Source of the DNA: a virus
Taxonomy: Duplodnaviria > Caudoviricetes
Reading direction: 5' to 3' (one strand)
Virus record (IMG/VR): IMGVR_UViG_3300038492_000301
Location: 1 to 28,315 of that record
DNA length: 28,315 nucleotides
Part shown: positions 15,062 through 24,556 of the stretch, piece by piece
How the letters are laid out: every line of letters begins with the position of its first letter
Position numbering within the stretch: the stretch's first letter is position 1
Made by a program: the position numbers and the translations under genes
The notes under the pieces: generated by a model
Told to the model about the DNA's origin: nothing
The model's database searches: none
What the model saw: only the letters and a program-made list of their open reading frames with translations

Positions 15062-16405
15062 ATGAATAAAAACGAATTGCGTACTATTGCGCTGGCGGCT
15101 CTGAACAAGGCGAAAGCTTTGAAAGAAGAGTTCGGCGTGAATATGGACGCTGAGAAGAAAGCTCAGTTTGATGCTCATATGGCCGAGTATACTGAGTATG
15201 CCGCGAAATATCAAGAAGCCGTGAAGACTGAAGAGCAATTTGCTGCTTTGGATCAGGGCCTTGAAACCTTCGGTCAACCGGCTCCCAGTAATGTTGGCGA
15301 CCAAGGAAGCGATCTGGACAATGGCGCTGTGCAGGACTTGCAACAGAATGCGGCTCGCATCGAGCGTGCCCGTGCCATCCATGTCGAAGCTTTCTCGACT
15401 TTCATGCGGCGTGGCGAAGCGGCTCTCTCCCCGGCACAACATCGTGCATTCATGGGCGGGGGTTTCACTCGCGAAGAGCTGGCGTCGGCTAACTTGCCGG
15501 AAGAGGCGTGGGCTCACTTGGGCACCGTGGACACCTTGGGCGGCTTCCTCGTTCCGGAAGAGTTCCAAAGCGGCCTGATCCAAGACTTGGCTGGCTTCAC
15601 TGTTATGCGCCCCATGGCTCGTGTGCAGCGTACCTCCAGTGACAATGCTAACTTCCTGACCATCCGTGGCTCGGGTAATAGTATGTACACCAGCGGCTTG
15701 ACTGGGGCTTTCAAGAGCCAAGGTTATGTCCAAGGTGGCGACAAAATCCCGACTCAGAACGAACCCCAATTCGGGCGTGAGCGCATCCCCGTCTATACCT
15801 GGACTCCGGATGTTATCGAACTCACCCGTGAATTGCTCGACGACAGCTCGGTTGATTTGGACGCGGCCGTCCGTGGGTTGCTGGCTGAAGTGCGTGGCTT
15901 AGACGAAGACAGTGTGTTCATCTTGGGGACCGGTGTTGGAATGCCCATGGGTATCGTCACCGAAGCCGCTCAGGGGAATATCGTCTCCGTGCAGTCCGGC
16001 GCTGCCAATGCTCAGACCTATGCTGGTCTCGTGAACTTGTGGAAAGAACTCCCGGCTCAGTATCGGATGCGTGCGAGCTGGTTGATGAATAGCGTGACCT
16101 GTGGCCAGTTGGCTCTGTTGGAAGATACCGTGGGTAACCCCATCTTCCCGACCAACGAAATCCCGAGCGTTCTGTTTGGGCGTCCGATGGTCATCTCCGA
16201 GTTCATGCCTGATGGTGACACCGATGGCAACAACGCGATCATCTTTGGCGACTTCTCGTTCTACGGGATTGCCGATCGTATGGACCTTCGGATTATCCGC
16301 TTGACGGAACGCTTCGCTCCTAACATTGGCCTGCTCGCGATGGCGCGTGTTGGTGGGCAAATGCTCCGTGCGCAACCTTTCGTGACTCAGACTGTGGGCG
16401 CGTAA
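15062..16405 (+). CDS. Major capsid protein (HK97 fold, N-terminal delta/scaffold domain)
   Basis: Coiled-coil N-terminus, GGFLVPEEF, TRELLDDS, GTGVGMPMGI, WLMN, LFGRPMVISE, IIFGDFS; AGGAG RBS. Confidence 0.97.
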   Translation: MNKNELRTIALAALNKAKALKEEFGVNMDAEKKAQFDAHMAEYTEYAAKYQEAVKTEEQFAALDQGLETFGQPAPSNVGDQGSDLDNGAVQDLQQNAARIERARAIHVEAFSTFMRRGEAALSPAQHRAFMGGGFTREELASANLPEEAWAHLGTVDTLGGFLVPEEFQSGLIQDLAGFTVMRPMARVQRTSSDNANFLTIRGSGNSMYTSGLTGAFKSQGYVQGGDKIPTQNEPQFGRERIPVYTWTPDVIELTRELLDDSSVDLDAAVRGLLAEVRGLDEDSVFILGTGVGMPMGIVTEAAQGNIVSVQSGAANAQTYAGLVNLWKELPAQYRMRASWLMNSVTCGQLALLEDTVGNPIFPTNEIPSVLFGRPMVISEFMPDGDTDGNNAIIFGDFSFYGIADRMDLRIIRLTERFAPNIGLLAMARVGGQMLRAQPFVTQTVGA

Positions 16406-16488
16406 GAACCGTAGGGGTACGGTGAGACCGGGGACATTTATTGTCTGCCACTTACACGGCCCCTAACTAACCTCCTAGGAGAATTATC

Positions 16489-17013
16489 ATGGCTCAAGTC
16501 CCTCTGCAGGTGGCTGCGGCAGGTTCCGTTACTCATGAAAAAGCTTGGATGTGTGAAGTCCGCCTTAGCTCGACTAGCGTTGCTGTTGCTGCTTCGGCCA
16601 CGGATGTCTCAGGCACTTCAGTTGCTATGTTGCCGGAAGACGAAAGTTATACCTACGTCTTATCGCATGACGCGACCGCTGGCCAGATCACCATCGAGTT
16701 AGAACATGACGACCTGATCGCCGGTCCCTATGCGAAACTGACTAATGACGCAGTGATCTATGGTGGAGAGCGCAAGACCGTCCCCGTGGGGCAGCTTGTT
16801 ATCGACGCCTCCGACGCTGACAATCAGGGAAGCATCATCGTTGCAGTGAGCCCGAGTGCTCGCCAGTTGGACGCCAACGGCAACTTGATCGACGACCTGA
16901 AAGAGAATTTCCGCCTCGTTTACACTACCGATGGTGCGTGGAATGGGACGGCAGTTGAAGAGATCGGATTGGCTTGCCACCGGCATCACATCCCCGGTCC
17001 TGACGCTGACTAA
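16489..17013 (+). CDS. Putative head decoration/cement protein
   Basis: Directly after the capsid gene; AGGAG RBS; beta-rich. Function inferred from position. Confidence 0.6.
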   Translation: MAQVPLQVAAAGSVTHEKAWMCEVRLSSTSVAVAASATDVSGTSVAMLPEDESYTYVLSHDATAGQITIELEHDDLIAGPYAKLTNDAVIYGGERKTVPVGQLVIDASDADNQGSIIVAVSPSARQLDANGNLIDDLKENFRLVYTTDGAWNGTAVEEIGLACHRHHIPGPDAD

Positions 17014-17050
17014 TTAACCTTGGGCTGAAGTGTACACAGCTTAAGGCATC

Positions 17051-17094
17051 TCCCCCTAGCCTTGGAATCACGACTCCACCTTGAGCTAGGGGGA
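17051..17094 (+). terminator. GC-rich hairpin after the capsid/decoration genes (terminator or mRNA stabiliser)
   Basis: TCCCCCTAGC 17051-17060 / GCTAGGGGGA 17085-17094; no U-tract. Confidence 0.4.
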
Positions 17095-17113
17095 ATAAAG
17101 GAGAGGGGTCTCC

Positions 17114-17797
17114 ATGAATTACATTGCCTACAAAATCGAAAAGAATGAGGAGGCGTCGGAGCGAGGGGGTTTACATATTCATGCGCCACAACCTGTTGAC
17201 TTTTATATCTGGCGTGTTAATCGTCGTAAAATGGTCTTTGGGGATTGGGCGTCTTCAGTCGTCGGCTATGAAATTTACGAAAACTTCCCAGTCGAGGAGA
17301 ACGTCGATCTCACAATTCCGCAAGACATGACGTTTGTATGGGACTGTACGAGCGAGCACGGCTGCGATCCTGACGTTTACTCCTTGCATCTCAACCCATA
17401 TGTCTCACAGGAATTTAAAGATCAATATGAGCCATCCTCGACGTCCTTAGGCACGTCCATGGTTTCCGGAGATGGAGATTGGGATATCGGGCCGTTTGAC
17501 TATAGGAAGACCAAATTTAACCGAATCGTCTTACAAATTCAAGACGCCGTCATGACCGATTGGCAAAATAAATGTGTTGGCAAATTAGACTTAGTCACTT
17601 CCCACGACCAGAAGGAATGGGTTCCTCTGAACTTTTTAGAAGGTCCCCTAATCATAGACCAACACGACATTCGGATGGGAGATATTTATGAGCGAACAAT
17701 CAACCCTGGAAAACTTAGAAGTTACGTCACCATCCGATATCGGAGTGATCGAAGAGCAGCCTGGGGGCACAAATCCACAATCACTTTGGAAGCCTAA
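17114..17797 (+). CDS. Hypothetical protein (227 aa)
   Basis: AAGGAGAGGGG RBS; no motif recognised. Confidence 0.75.
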   Translation: MNYIAYKIEKNEEASERGGLHIHAPQPVDFYIWRVNRRKMVFGDWASSVVGYEIYENFPVEENVDLTIPQDMTFVWDCTSEHGCDPDVYSLHLNPYVSQEFKDQYEPSSTSLGTSMVSGDGDWDIGPFDYRKTKFNRIVLQIQDAVMTDWQNKCVGKLDLVTSHDQKEWVPLNFLEGPLIIDQHDIRMGDIYERTINPGKLRSYVTIRYRSDRRAAWGHKSTITLEA

Positions 17798-17804
17798 AGA
17801 GTCA

Positions 17805-17981
17805 ATGAACCTCAGGCCCAATCGTGACGGCACCACTGTAACTCTCACGGCTATCAACGCTCAGGGCGAAGGTATCACTGTTACCTGCAACTTAGACGAA
17901 GTTGTGAAATGTCCGGCTTGTGGGCGTAACCAGCCAGCTGAATACCTTGGGCATCACGTCACGCACAAGCATCGGAGATAA
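17805..17981 (+). CDS. Small C2H2-like zinc finger protein (CPAC...HHVTHKH)
   Basis: ATG 17805 follows the previous stop; CxxC-x9/10-HxxxxH spacing. Confidence 0.6.
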   Translation: MNLRPNRDGTTVTLTAINAQGEGITVTCNLDEVVKCPACGRNQPAEYLGHHVTHKHRR

Positions 17982-17983
17982 TC

Positions 17984-18607
17984 ATGGCACTTGATCCACG
18001 GGCTCTTTTTACCAATCCGGACATCGTCTGGGAATCCCTCTGCGTAGACGAAGACAAACGAATCGAAAACGCACACGTAATGGAACGGTGGATCAATGCT
18101 GCATCCCGGCTAATGGAACAGATCATTAATCGACCGATCATGCCCCGGGATATCGTGGACGAAGTTGACGGCAATGGCCGACGTACAATTCAATCCAACG
18201 AGCGTCCCCTAGTCTCGGTCAGTTCCTTAATCGTATATGACCCAGACCTCAGTCAACCGGACATCATCAACGTAGGACAGACACTCAATGGCCGTGAAGT
18301 CGCAATCCATCTTGACGAAGGGAGATTCGTCCTTCTCCCAGACTCCCCTATCGGCAGATTCACTCGTGGAATCCAGAATGTCCACATTCACTGCCGAGTC
18401 GGATATGACGAATTTGATCGAGCCGTATTCCAGGAAGCCGCTATTGAACTCATCCAGCAACGATGGGAGATGCTCGGTAGAAACCCTGTCGAGAAAGTAC
18501 GTGCAGACTCAATCAACACGATTAGCACTTTCACCCTAGCAGATTTTGATCAGCTGCCGTTCATGATGACCCAAGCAGTTCTTCACTATAGACGTAGGCA
18601 ATTCTAA
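17984..18607 (+). CDS. Head-tail adaptor (HK97 gp6 / SPP1 gp15-like)
   Basis: WINAASRLMEQIINR, DEVDGNG, PLVSVSSL, RGIQNVxI...GY and LP...L.HYRR pattern; position. Confidence 0.8.
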   Translation: MALDPRALFTNPDIVWESLCVDEDKRIENAHVMERWINAASRLMEQIINRPIMPRDIVDEVDGNGRRTIQSNERPLVSVSSLIVYDPDLSQPDIINVGQTLNGREVAIHLDEGRFVLLPDSPIGRFTRGIQNVHIHCRVGYDEFDRAVFQEAAIELIQQRWEMLGRNPVEKVRADSINTISTFTLADFDQLPFMMTQAVLHYRRRQF

Positions 18608-19122
18608 TGGCTGAACTTGGCTTCAACGCAGAATTTGATACAAGCAGATGTCCTTTATTCCGCGGCGATCGTGCACATCAAGTGATCTTCCAAGAGCTTC
18701 AAAAGTTCGTTCGTCGAGCGCTTGTCAAAGGAAAGGAGATCGCAGCTTCTCAAACTCCTACGGGAGCCACAGGAAACCTCAAAGGTTCTATTGTAACAAG
18801 GCAAGCCAGAGGAGCTAAAGTCAAACATACTGGAACGGTCACTTGGACTGCCCCATATGCAATTGATGTAGCAAGGGGGGCCGGTCCTCGCAAAGTCCCT
18901 CTAGCTCAACTGGTCGCATGGGCCGAAGCAGTTCTTGGAAACGGAGACGCTGCGGTCGCTATTTCAATCAACATCCAGAGACGAGGCACTCCATCTCCTA
19001 ACCATCCGGAGCCTGGAATCCTTATGGACCTTAAAACGGCTGACCTCTGGACTCCTATTGCATGCGATATGTTTGAAGCCACTTGCCGTCGAATTGTCAA
19101 CCGATTGAATAAGGGCGGATAA
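18607..19122 (+). CDS. Neck / tail completion protein (HK97 gp10-like)
   Basis: TPxxxTGNLKGSI and APYA motifs; position. Confidence 0.8.
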   Translation: MAELGFNAEFDTSRCPLFRGDRAHQVIFQELQKFVRRALVKGKEIAASQTPTGATGNLKGSIVTRQARGAKVKHTGTVTWTAPYAIDVARGAGPRKVPLAQLVAWAEAVLGNGDAAVAISINIQRRGTPSPNHPEPGILMDLKTADLWTPIACDMFEATCRRIVNRLNKGG

Positions 19123-19626
19123 ATGGCAGGTGTAAATCTCGTCACCAAATTACGATGGATTCCTATCCGGGATGCCATTAAAGCGGAACTGGAAGCAGTA
19201 CCATCTGTTCTCCTCGTTCACCCTTACCTGCGTTGGGATAGTCCGCGGAATGCTAACGAGGCTCGCTTCGAAAAGCTCCATATCCCGGCAGATGGAAAGG
19301 GAATTGTGAACGCATGGGCTATCTCGCGTAACTCGCAAACCCGTGAGTTCCTCACCAACAGGGAATACTTGGTCGTTACCGATGTCTCCCTGGACTTCTG
19401 GTATAACTTGGATGACCCCAAGGGAAGCCAGGATATCTTCGACGAAATCGTTGACGATGTGCTCGATCGTTTTGAAGAACCCCTCCGTCTCTCCTGTGAG
19501 GCAGAATTGCAAGGTCCCATTCAACTTGCCAGTGAGGATCACCGGTATTTTGCTGGGAAACTGACCCACCACGCGGAACTCACAACGACAGTCCAACACC
19601 GCGTATTCACCAACCAATTCAGGTAA
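19123..19626 (+). CDS. Putative tail terminator
   Basis: IRDAIKAELEAV N-terminal helix; size and position between the gp10-like gene and tail tube. Confidence 0.65.
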   Translation: MAGVNLVTKLRWIPIRDAIKAELEAVPSVLLVHPYLRWDSPRNANEARFEKLHIPADGKGIVNAWAISRNSQTREFLTNREYLVVTDVSLDFWYNLDDPKGSQDIFDEIVDDVLDRFEEPLRLSCEAELQGPIQLASEDHRYFAGKLTHHAELTTTVQHRVFTNQFR

Positions 19627-19640
19627 AAGGAAATCAAATC

Positions 19641-20624
19641 ATGGGTACTCCTGTTTCCCACGGATTCGAATCCCAACTCGGCATCGGAACTGAGGTCACG
19701 CTCGGCACTGAGGTTGTCGTCACTGAAAAGATTCCGTACCGGTCAGAGTCCATCAAGGCTCAAAACAACCACGTGCTCGACAACAGCCTTTGCGGCCCGG
19801 CGACTCGTCCTGTCAGCCAACAGGGAACGTTGATTGTGGAAGGGGGCTTCGAAGCCCACATGCGTTACACCCTGGCGCAACTGATCTTCCAACACTTCTT
19901 CGGCACGTTCTTAACGGACACTCCGGTTGTAGGCACGAACACCTATTCCCTCGATCCCTCCATTGATGGCGACGGCGTCACCTTGGCAATCGAGAAAACC
20001 GTCTCAGTCTGGACGACTCTTGGTTACAAAGCCTCTGAACTTGAGATCACTGGCTCGCCGGCTGACGGCATTATCTACTCCGTGGATGGCTTCGGAACTG
20101 ACCAAATCCGGAACTCCATTATCAATACTTCGGCAGTCCTGGATGCTCTCGCGATCCCCGGCGATTTCATGCTCTTCCAAGATATGCGCTTGCGTATCGG
20201 AGATCATGTTGACGCACTGTCTGCTGCGGACGATCTGGACATTTCCGAGTTTACGCTGAACATCAATCGTCAGTTGGAGCCCACTGAAGTCAATTCGTTT
20301 AATCGCCTGGAGGCGGTCGAGAATAACTTCCGTGAGACCACGCTGTCCATCACTATTCCGCGTTACTGCGCTGATACGTTCATCGACTTCCACCGGAATC
20401 ACACGCAACTCCAAGCTGAACTGTTCTTCTCGGATGGCACGAATAGCAAGACCATCTTGATTCCGAACATGCTGACCATGGAGTTTGACGCTGAGATCGG
20501 CGGGCCGGAATTCACTCCGTTGACTGTGACCTTTACGGCGCATCCGAACAATGCAACTCCCGCGGCGAATACTTTCATGACCTTGAATGATGTCAACGCT
20601 GAGGTCGAGATGCAAGAAAACTAA
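19641..20624 (+). CDS. Major tail tube protein
   Basis: GFESQLGIGTEVTLGT start, SES, VEGGF, TLAIEK, GYKASELEI, FTLNINRQL and I.IPN pattern of about 320-aa tube proteins; position. Confidence 0.8.
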   Translation: MGTPVSHGFESQLGIGTEVTLGTEVVVTEKIPYRSESIKAQNNHVLDNSLCGPATRPVSQQGTLIVEGGFEAHMRYTLAQLIFQHFFGTFLTDTPVVGTNTYSLDPSIDGDGVTLAIEKTVSVWTTLGYKASELEITGSPADGIIYSVDGFGTDQIRNSIINTSAVLDALAIPGDFMLFQDMRLRIGDHVDALSAADDLDISEFTLNINRQLEPTEVNSFNRLEAVENNFRETTLSITIPRYCADTFIDFHRNHTQLQAELFFSDGTNSKTILIPNMLTMEFDAEIGGPEFTPLTVTFTAHPNNATPAANTFMTLNDVNAEVEMQEN

Positions 20625-20633
20625 TAGAGAGGT

Positions 20634-21809
20634 ATGGCCATGCCCGCTGGATTTACTGCCAAAGCCGGCTTCAAGCGTGAAGCAGATATCTTCAGCCGTG
20701 TATGGCCCTCTGCATCCCCGGCAACGATCACAGAACTCCTTCCATTAATCAGCGAAGACGTAAACGTTGTCAACGATCAGAACTCTATCATTACCAAAGA
20801 TGGCCAATCTGTTCCGGAGAGGCCAAAACTTATTCGTAGGTCTGTAGATGGAGACGTCGTCATTGACCTGCACTACGAGGGCATTGAATTCTTCTTAACT
20901 GCCGGTATGGGCCAAGTGGCTAACCGTATCGGTGGAGTTCTCATGCCCGAAGATATCAACGGAGATGGTACTGCATACCGCCATATCATTGAGCTTGAAT
21001 CCCTCCTAAAGCAAGACGGATGGCGAGCTGGAGATGGCTTCTTAGCTGGTGATCCTCCCACTGGCGACGGGCTCGTTGCGGGACAGCAAAAACTCCGGCG
21101 CGGTACTTTCTCCGTATTCAAAGGCGCGACCGTCTGGGATACCCTCTCGTGCATGATTAACGACCTCCGCTTCGAGATGAATGGTAACAATGTCCAAGTC
21201 ACCGGAGCCATGATTGGTTATAGCCAAGACTTCGACTCCACAACTAACTCGGGTATCACGGCTCTCAATAACTGTCCCAACACTAAGATTACCTTTCACG
21301 AGGGCATCTTGGCATTCCGGGAGATCGACGGAGGAGCTATCACTATCACGGATACCGTGGGAGCTATCGTCAGTTTCAACCTGCAAGTCCTGAACAACCT
21401 GCAAGTTATCAATACGAAGGACACCGGCGTAAACATTGACGAGCCTCAAAAGAGCGGAGTGACACAAGTTAGCGGAACATTTTCTCTCCCCCGATTCAAT
21501 AACTTAGACATGATCACACGAAACCGGGATGAAGTCCGCGGGCATATGCTCTTAGAGTTCAAGGCTGGTATTATTCCTGGCTCGACCGGTCCTGATAATT
21601 ATACGATGCGTTTCTGGTTTCCCAATATCACTCTCACGGGCGGAGAGGTCTCCATCCAAGATCAAGCTACTATCCAACAGAACTATGCGTTCTTTGCGGC
21701 CGAGCCTGATGACGATCTTGATCCCCCGGGATTCCCAACGTCAACAAGGCAAAGTGCCCTACTCATTGAAATCATCAATGCTGAGGCTGCACACCCCTTA
21801 CTGGATTAG
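20634..21809 (+). CDS. Second tail tube-like protein (paralogue)
   Basis: Colinear motifs with 19641..20624: GFTAKAGFKRE, ISED, VDGD, INDLRFE, SFNLQVLNNL, FSLPRF, FWFPN. Confidence 0.7.
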   Translation: MAMPAGFTAKAGFKREADIFSRVWPSASPATITELLPLISEDVNVVNDQNSIITKDGQSVPERPKLIRRSVDGDVVIDLHYEGIEFFLTAGMGQVANRIGGVLMPEDINGDGTAYRHIIELESLLKQDGWRAGDGFLAGDPPTGDGLVAGQQKLRRGTFSVFKGATVWDTLSCMINDLRFEMNGNNVQVTGAMIGYSQDFDSTTNSGITALNNCPNTKITFHEGILAFREIDGGAITITDTVGAIVSFNLQVLNNLQVINTKDTGVNIDEPQKSGVTQVSGTFSLPRFNNLDMITRNRDEVRGHMLLEFKAGIIPGSTGPDNYTMRFWFPNITLTGGEVSIQDQATIQQNYAFFAAEPDDDLDPPGFPTSTRQSALLIEIINAEAAHPLLD

Positions 21810-21817
21810 GAGTTATC

Positions 21818-22540
21818 ATGGCATTCTCTGATTGGATTGAAACCAAAGAGCCGTTCTTCCAACACTTTGACGCTGTTCATGGCAATATCGGAAGTCTTGT
21901 TGGCTCGCGTGAATGCCTATTTGAAGCTGCTTTTGCTGCCACTTCGGCTGGCCAAGCTCTCATGATGAATCTTGACGGCACATTCAACCGCGGATTCCTA
22001 GCTGGCCGCATGAGAACTCTTTTCCGTATTGAATACAGCGTTGCAGGAACTCGGAATCGTTGGTTTGTCGGATTCTTCTTCATGTGTAACGACTTCGATC
22101 CCATTGTGAACAACGCCTCTTCGGACTTCTACGTGGCTGGATTCAACCCCCGAACAGCTACTGACGGAAGATGGCTTATTGGACGAGTCGTTAATGGTGG
22201 ATTAGGGATTATGACCATCGGTCCCGGAGACTCTGACGTTATCATTGACACATCGGCCGAAACGACTGTAGCTCAAAACGATATCTACCCTATTGAAGTA
22301 CAATGGGAATATAGCCCGAGTAAATACGGAGGCACTAGAATTCAGTTCTCTGTTGGTAATGAGGGCGATACAGATTATTCAAACCTCAGCGTTTTATATG
22401 ATCTTGTAGATACCAATCCTGATATTAACAGCTCTGTCGTAGAGGGGTTTTGCATCAGTAAGAACTTCAGTACTCCTGGATTCTCTGCTGGTCAGGACTT
22501 ATTCACTTTTGACGAGACCGAGATTGGGGAGTTAACATAA
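21818..22540 (+). CDS. Putative tail-associated lectin/ConA-like beta-sandwich protein A
   Basis: AGGAG RBS; aromatic and beta-rich; full-length paralogue of the next gene. Fold is inferred. Confidence 0.6.
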   Translation: MAFSDWIETKEPFFQHFDAVHGNIGSLVGSRECLFEAAFAATSAGQALMMNLDGTFNRGFLAGRMRTLFRIEYSVAGTRNRWFVGFFFMCNDFDPIVNNASSDFYVAGFNPRTATDGRWLIGRVVNGGLGIMTIGPGDSDVIIDTSAETTVAQNDIYPIEVQWEYSPSKYGGTRIQFSVGNEGDTDYSNLSVLYDLVDTNPDINSSVVEGFCISKNFSTPGFSAGQDLFTFDETEIGELT

Positions 22541-23256
22541 TGGCATTTGGCGATTGGGATCACATCGTACGAACTTTCTTTGGGGCTGACTTATCCGCTG
22601 GCCTAGAACTTGGAAACGCGATCGTAGGTAACGGCTCCCTGAAATGGGGAAACTTCGACGGCGGAACTCGATTCGATCAAGCTGGCAGCTCCCACTTAAA
22701 CAATACCTTCACCCGCGGCTTAACCAAAGGTCGCTTAAGAACTCTCGTCCAGCGTGAAGATGTCACAGTAGATAACAACGCCGGCTACGGTTTTTATTTC
22801 ATGTGTGACAATCTCGATCCCACGAATAACAGCTCTGACTTTTACTGGTTCGGGATGAACTTCACTTCAGGAACTGGCGTTAAGCCTATCATCTCCAAAC
22901 ACGTTGGCGACACAATGAACGCCGGCCAAATGTTATGGGGACCGGGACAGGCTGACGTTTTGATTGAGAGTGCGTCCGAAATTGCTCAGCTACAGGGAGA
23001 TATCCTCCCATTCCAAGTTGAGTGGAACTTAGACATCACTGCGTTTGGTGGTGTTCGCATCACTGCCTCAGCTGGACTTGTTGGAGATACCAACTTCAGT
23101 AATTTGGCAGTGCTTTATGACATTATCGATTCTTCCTCACCGTTAACTTCATCGTTGATTGAGGGCTTTGGTAATGTTTGGCCAACTGGAGCCCCAGGAA
23201 TCTCGGATGGAGAGCATCTCCTTATCGATTCCACCGGTGTGTTCCAACTAGTTTAA
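22540..23256 (+). CDS. Putative tail-associated lectin/ConA-like beta-sandwich protein B
   Basis: MAFxDW, RGxxxGRxRTL, GFxFMC, GPGxxDV, GDTxxSNLxVLYD and EGF shared with the previous gene. Confidence 0.6.
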   Translation: MAFGDWDHIVRTFFGADLSAGLELGNAIVGNGSLKWGNFDGGTRFDQAGSSHLNNTFTRGLTKGRLRTLVQREDVTVDNNAGYGFYFMCDNLDPTNNSSDFYWFGMNFTSGTGVKPIISKHVGDTMNAGQMLWGPGQADVLIESASEIAQLQGDILPFQVEWNLDITAFGGVRITASAGLVGDTNFSNLAVLYDIIDSSSPLTSSLIEGFGNVWPTGAPGISDGEHLLIDSTGVFQLV

Positions 23257-23280
23257 GGCATAACCATAGAGGGGTTTATC

Positions 23281-23619
23281 ATGCCAGTCCGTATTATCCA
23301 AGAAGACGAACGTTACAAAACTGAATACGAAGGCTCTATCTTTTATTATCGCCGTCTAAGCGCTCGGAAATCCGCTGACTTAATTAAGCAATACACCAAG
23401 AAAGGACAACTTGACTATGCCGCAATGGGTATGGCTGTTGTCAAGTATTGCTTGCTTGATTGGGAAGATGTCCTTGACTCTAAAGGTGAGCCTATTGCGT
23501 ATGATCCCAAACTCATTGACAGCATGCCGGATGAAGTGATTACTGAACTCACCGGGTCTTTCCGAGACGCCTGTCCTGAAGATGACAAACCTAGCGATGA
23601 GGAGCAACTGGGAAACTAG
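23281..23619 (+). CDS. Tail assembly chaperone (gpG-like)
   Basis: LLDWEDVLDSKGEPIAY motif; ends ...QLGN at the slippery site; upstream of tape measure. Confidence 0.85.
   Translation: MPVRIIQEDERYKTEYEGSIFYYRRLSARKSADLIKQYTKKGQLDYAAMGMAVVKYCLLDWEDVLDSKGEPIAYDPKLIDSMPDEVITELTGSFRDACPEDDKPSDEEQLGN
23610..23616 (+). promoter_or_regulatory. Programmed -1 ribosomal frameshift site G GGA AAC
   Basis: X XXY YYZ heptamer in the zero frame just before TAG; the -1 frame is open (KLERFLNGQIIHG) into the 23652..24032 ORF. Confidence 0.9.
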
Positions 23620-24032
23620 AGAGGTTTCTCAACGGACAGATTATCCATGGCATGAACTGCATAGACTGCCGTGCTCAATATGAGGCCGCTAACAGAGAAC
23701 ACATGGTTCCCTGCGACCTCGATCCCGATGACTGCGCCTTCACTCCCTCACCCGGAGACACAGGCCCTGAAGGTTGCGGTCTTCACCCATGCAACGAGCT
23801 GGCCCTAGAAGTTCACCATCGGATTCAAAGTCTTGGCGCGGACGCAGCTTTCAATCTCACTCAACTCGAATTCGAAAACGAGGATGAAGCAGAACTCTTC
23901 GCTGAGAAGCTGATGTTACTGGCAACACGAGTCCCCCAAGTCACTAATGCCATACAGAAGCGCCGTGAGGAACATGAACAGATCAAGAGTGAGAAGACCC
24001 TTAAGCGTAGGCAATCTCCCAGAAAGGCGTAA
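23616..24032 (+). CDS. Tail assembly chaperone, frameshifted C-terminal part (gpT-like)
   Basis: Reached by the -1 shift; ATG 23652 has no good RBS; Cys-rich (CIDC...). Confidence 0.8.
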   Translation, partial: LERFLNGQIIHGMNCIDCRAQYEAANREHMVPCDLDPDDCAFTPSPGDTGPEGCGLHPCNELALEVHHRIQSLGADAAFNLTQLEFENEDEAELFAEKLMLLATRVPQVTNAIQKRREEHEQIKSEKTLKRRQSPRKA

Positions 24033-24033
24033 C

Positions 24034-24555
24034 ATGGAACGTTTCGATATCTTCTTTAAGCATACCATGAAGTGGGAAGGTGGTGACCAATACCACGAAG
24101 TCCCCGGAGACCCCGGAGGAGCCACCAAGTATGGAATTTCTCAGAAGGCTTACCCAGAGCTGGACATCGAAGAACTCACCTACGAGCAAGCCCTTGCCAT
24201 CTACCATGAAGATTACTACCCTTCGTATATTGATGCCATCGAGCACGACGAAACGGCTGGTCGTCTTTTTGATTTCGGAGTCAACGCTGGGCCGGCGAGA
24301 GCTGCTAAGGTGTTACAAACAGCTGCGAACGATGAACTTGCAGGGCGGGGAGATATTTCATTACGACCCCTCAAAGTCGATGGCCAAGTTGGGCCGGCAA
24401 CACTTAGACTCGTGAATGCTCTTGGAGCTGACATGTACGATGAGTTTCATCGGCGTATTGCAGAGTTCTATACAAATCTGGCTGCTCGGCCGCAACTCAA
24501 GAAGTTCTTACGTGGCTGGCTAAATCGTCTCAACGATCCAATCATGGAGAACTAA
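24034..24555 (+). CDS. Endolysin, glycoside hydrolase family 108 with C-terminal peptidoglycan-binding domain
   Basis: WEGG, DPGGATKYGIS, FDFGVNAG, LQ, VDGQVGPATL, KFLRGWLNR; AAAGG before ATG 24034. Confidence 0.92.
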   Translation: MERFDIFFKHTMKWEGGDQYHEVPGDPGGATKYGISQKAYPELDIEELTYEQALAIYHEDYYPSYIDAIEHDETAGRLFDFGVNAGPARAAKVLQTAANDELAGRGDISLRPLKVDGQVGPATLRLVNALGADMYDEFHRRIAEFYTNLAARPQLKKFLRGWLNRLNDPIMEN

Positions 24556-24556
24556 C

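Noticed and set aside
14095-15769. Long minus-strand ORFs (298 aa and 246 aa)
   Set aside because: Antisense shadows of the protease and capsid genes with no recognisable motifs.
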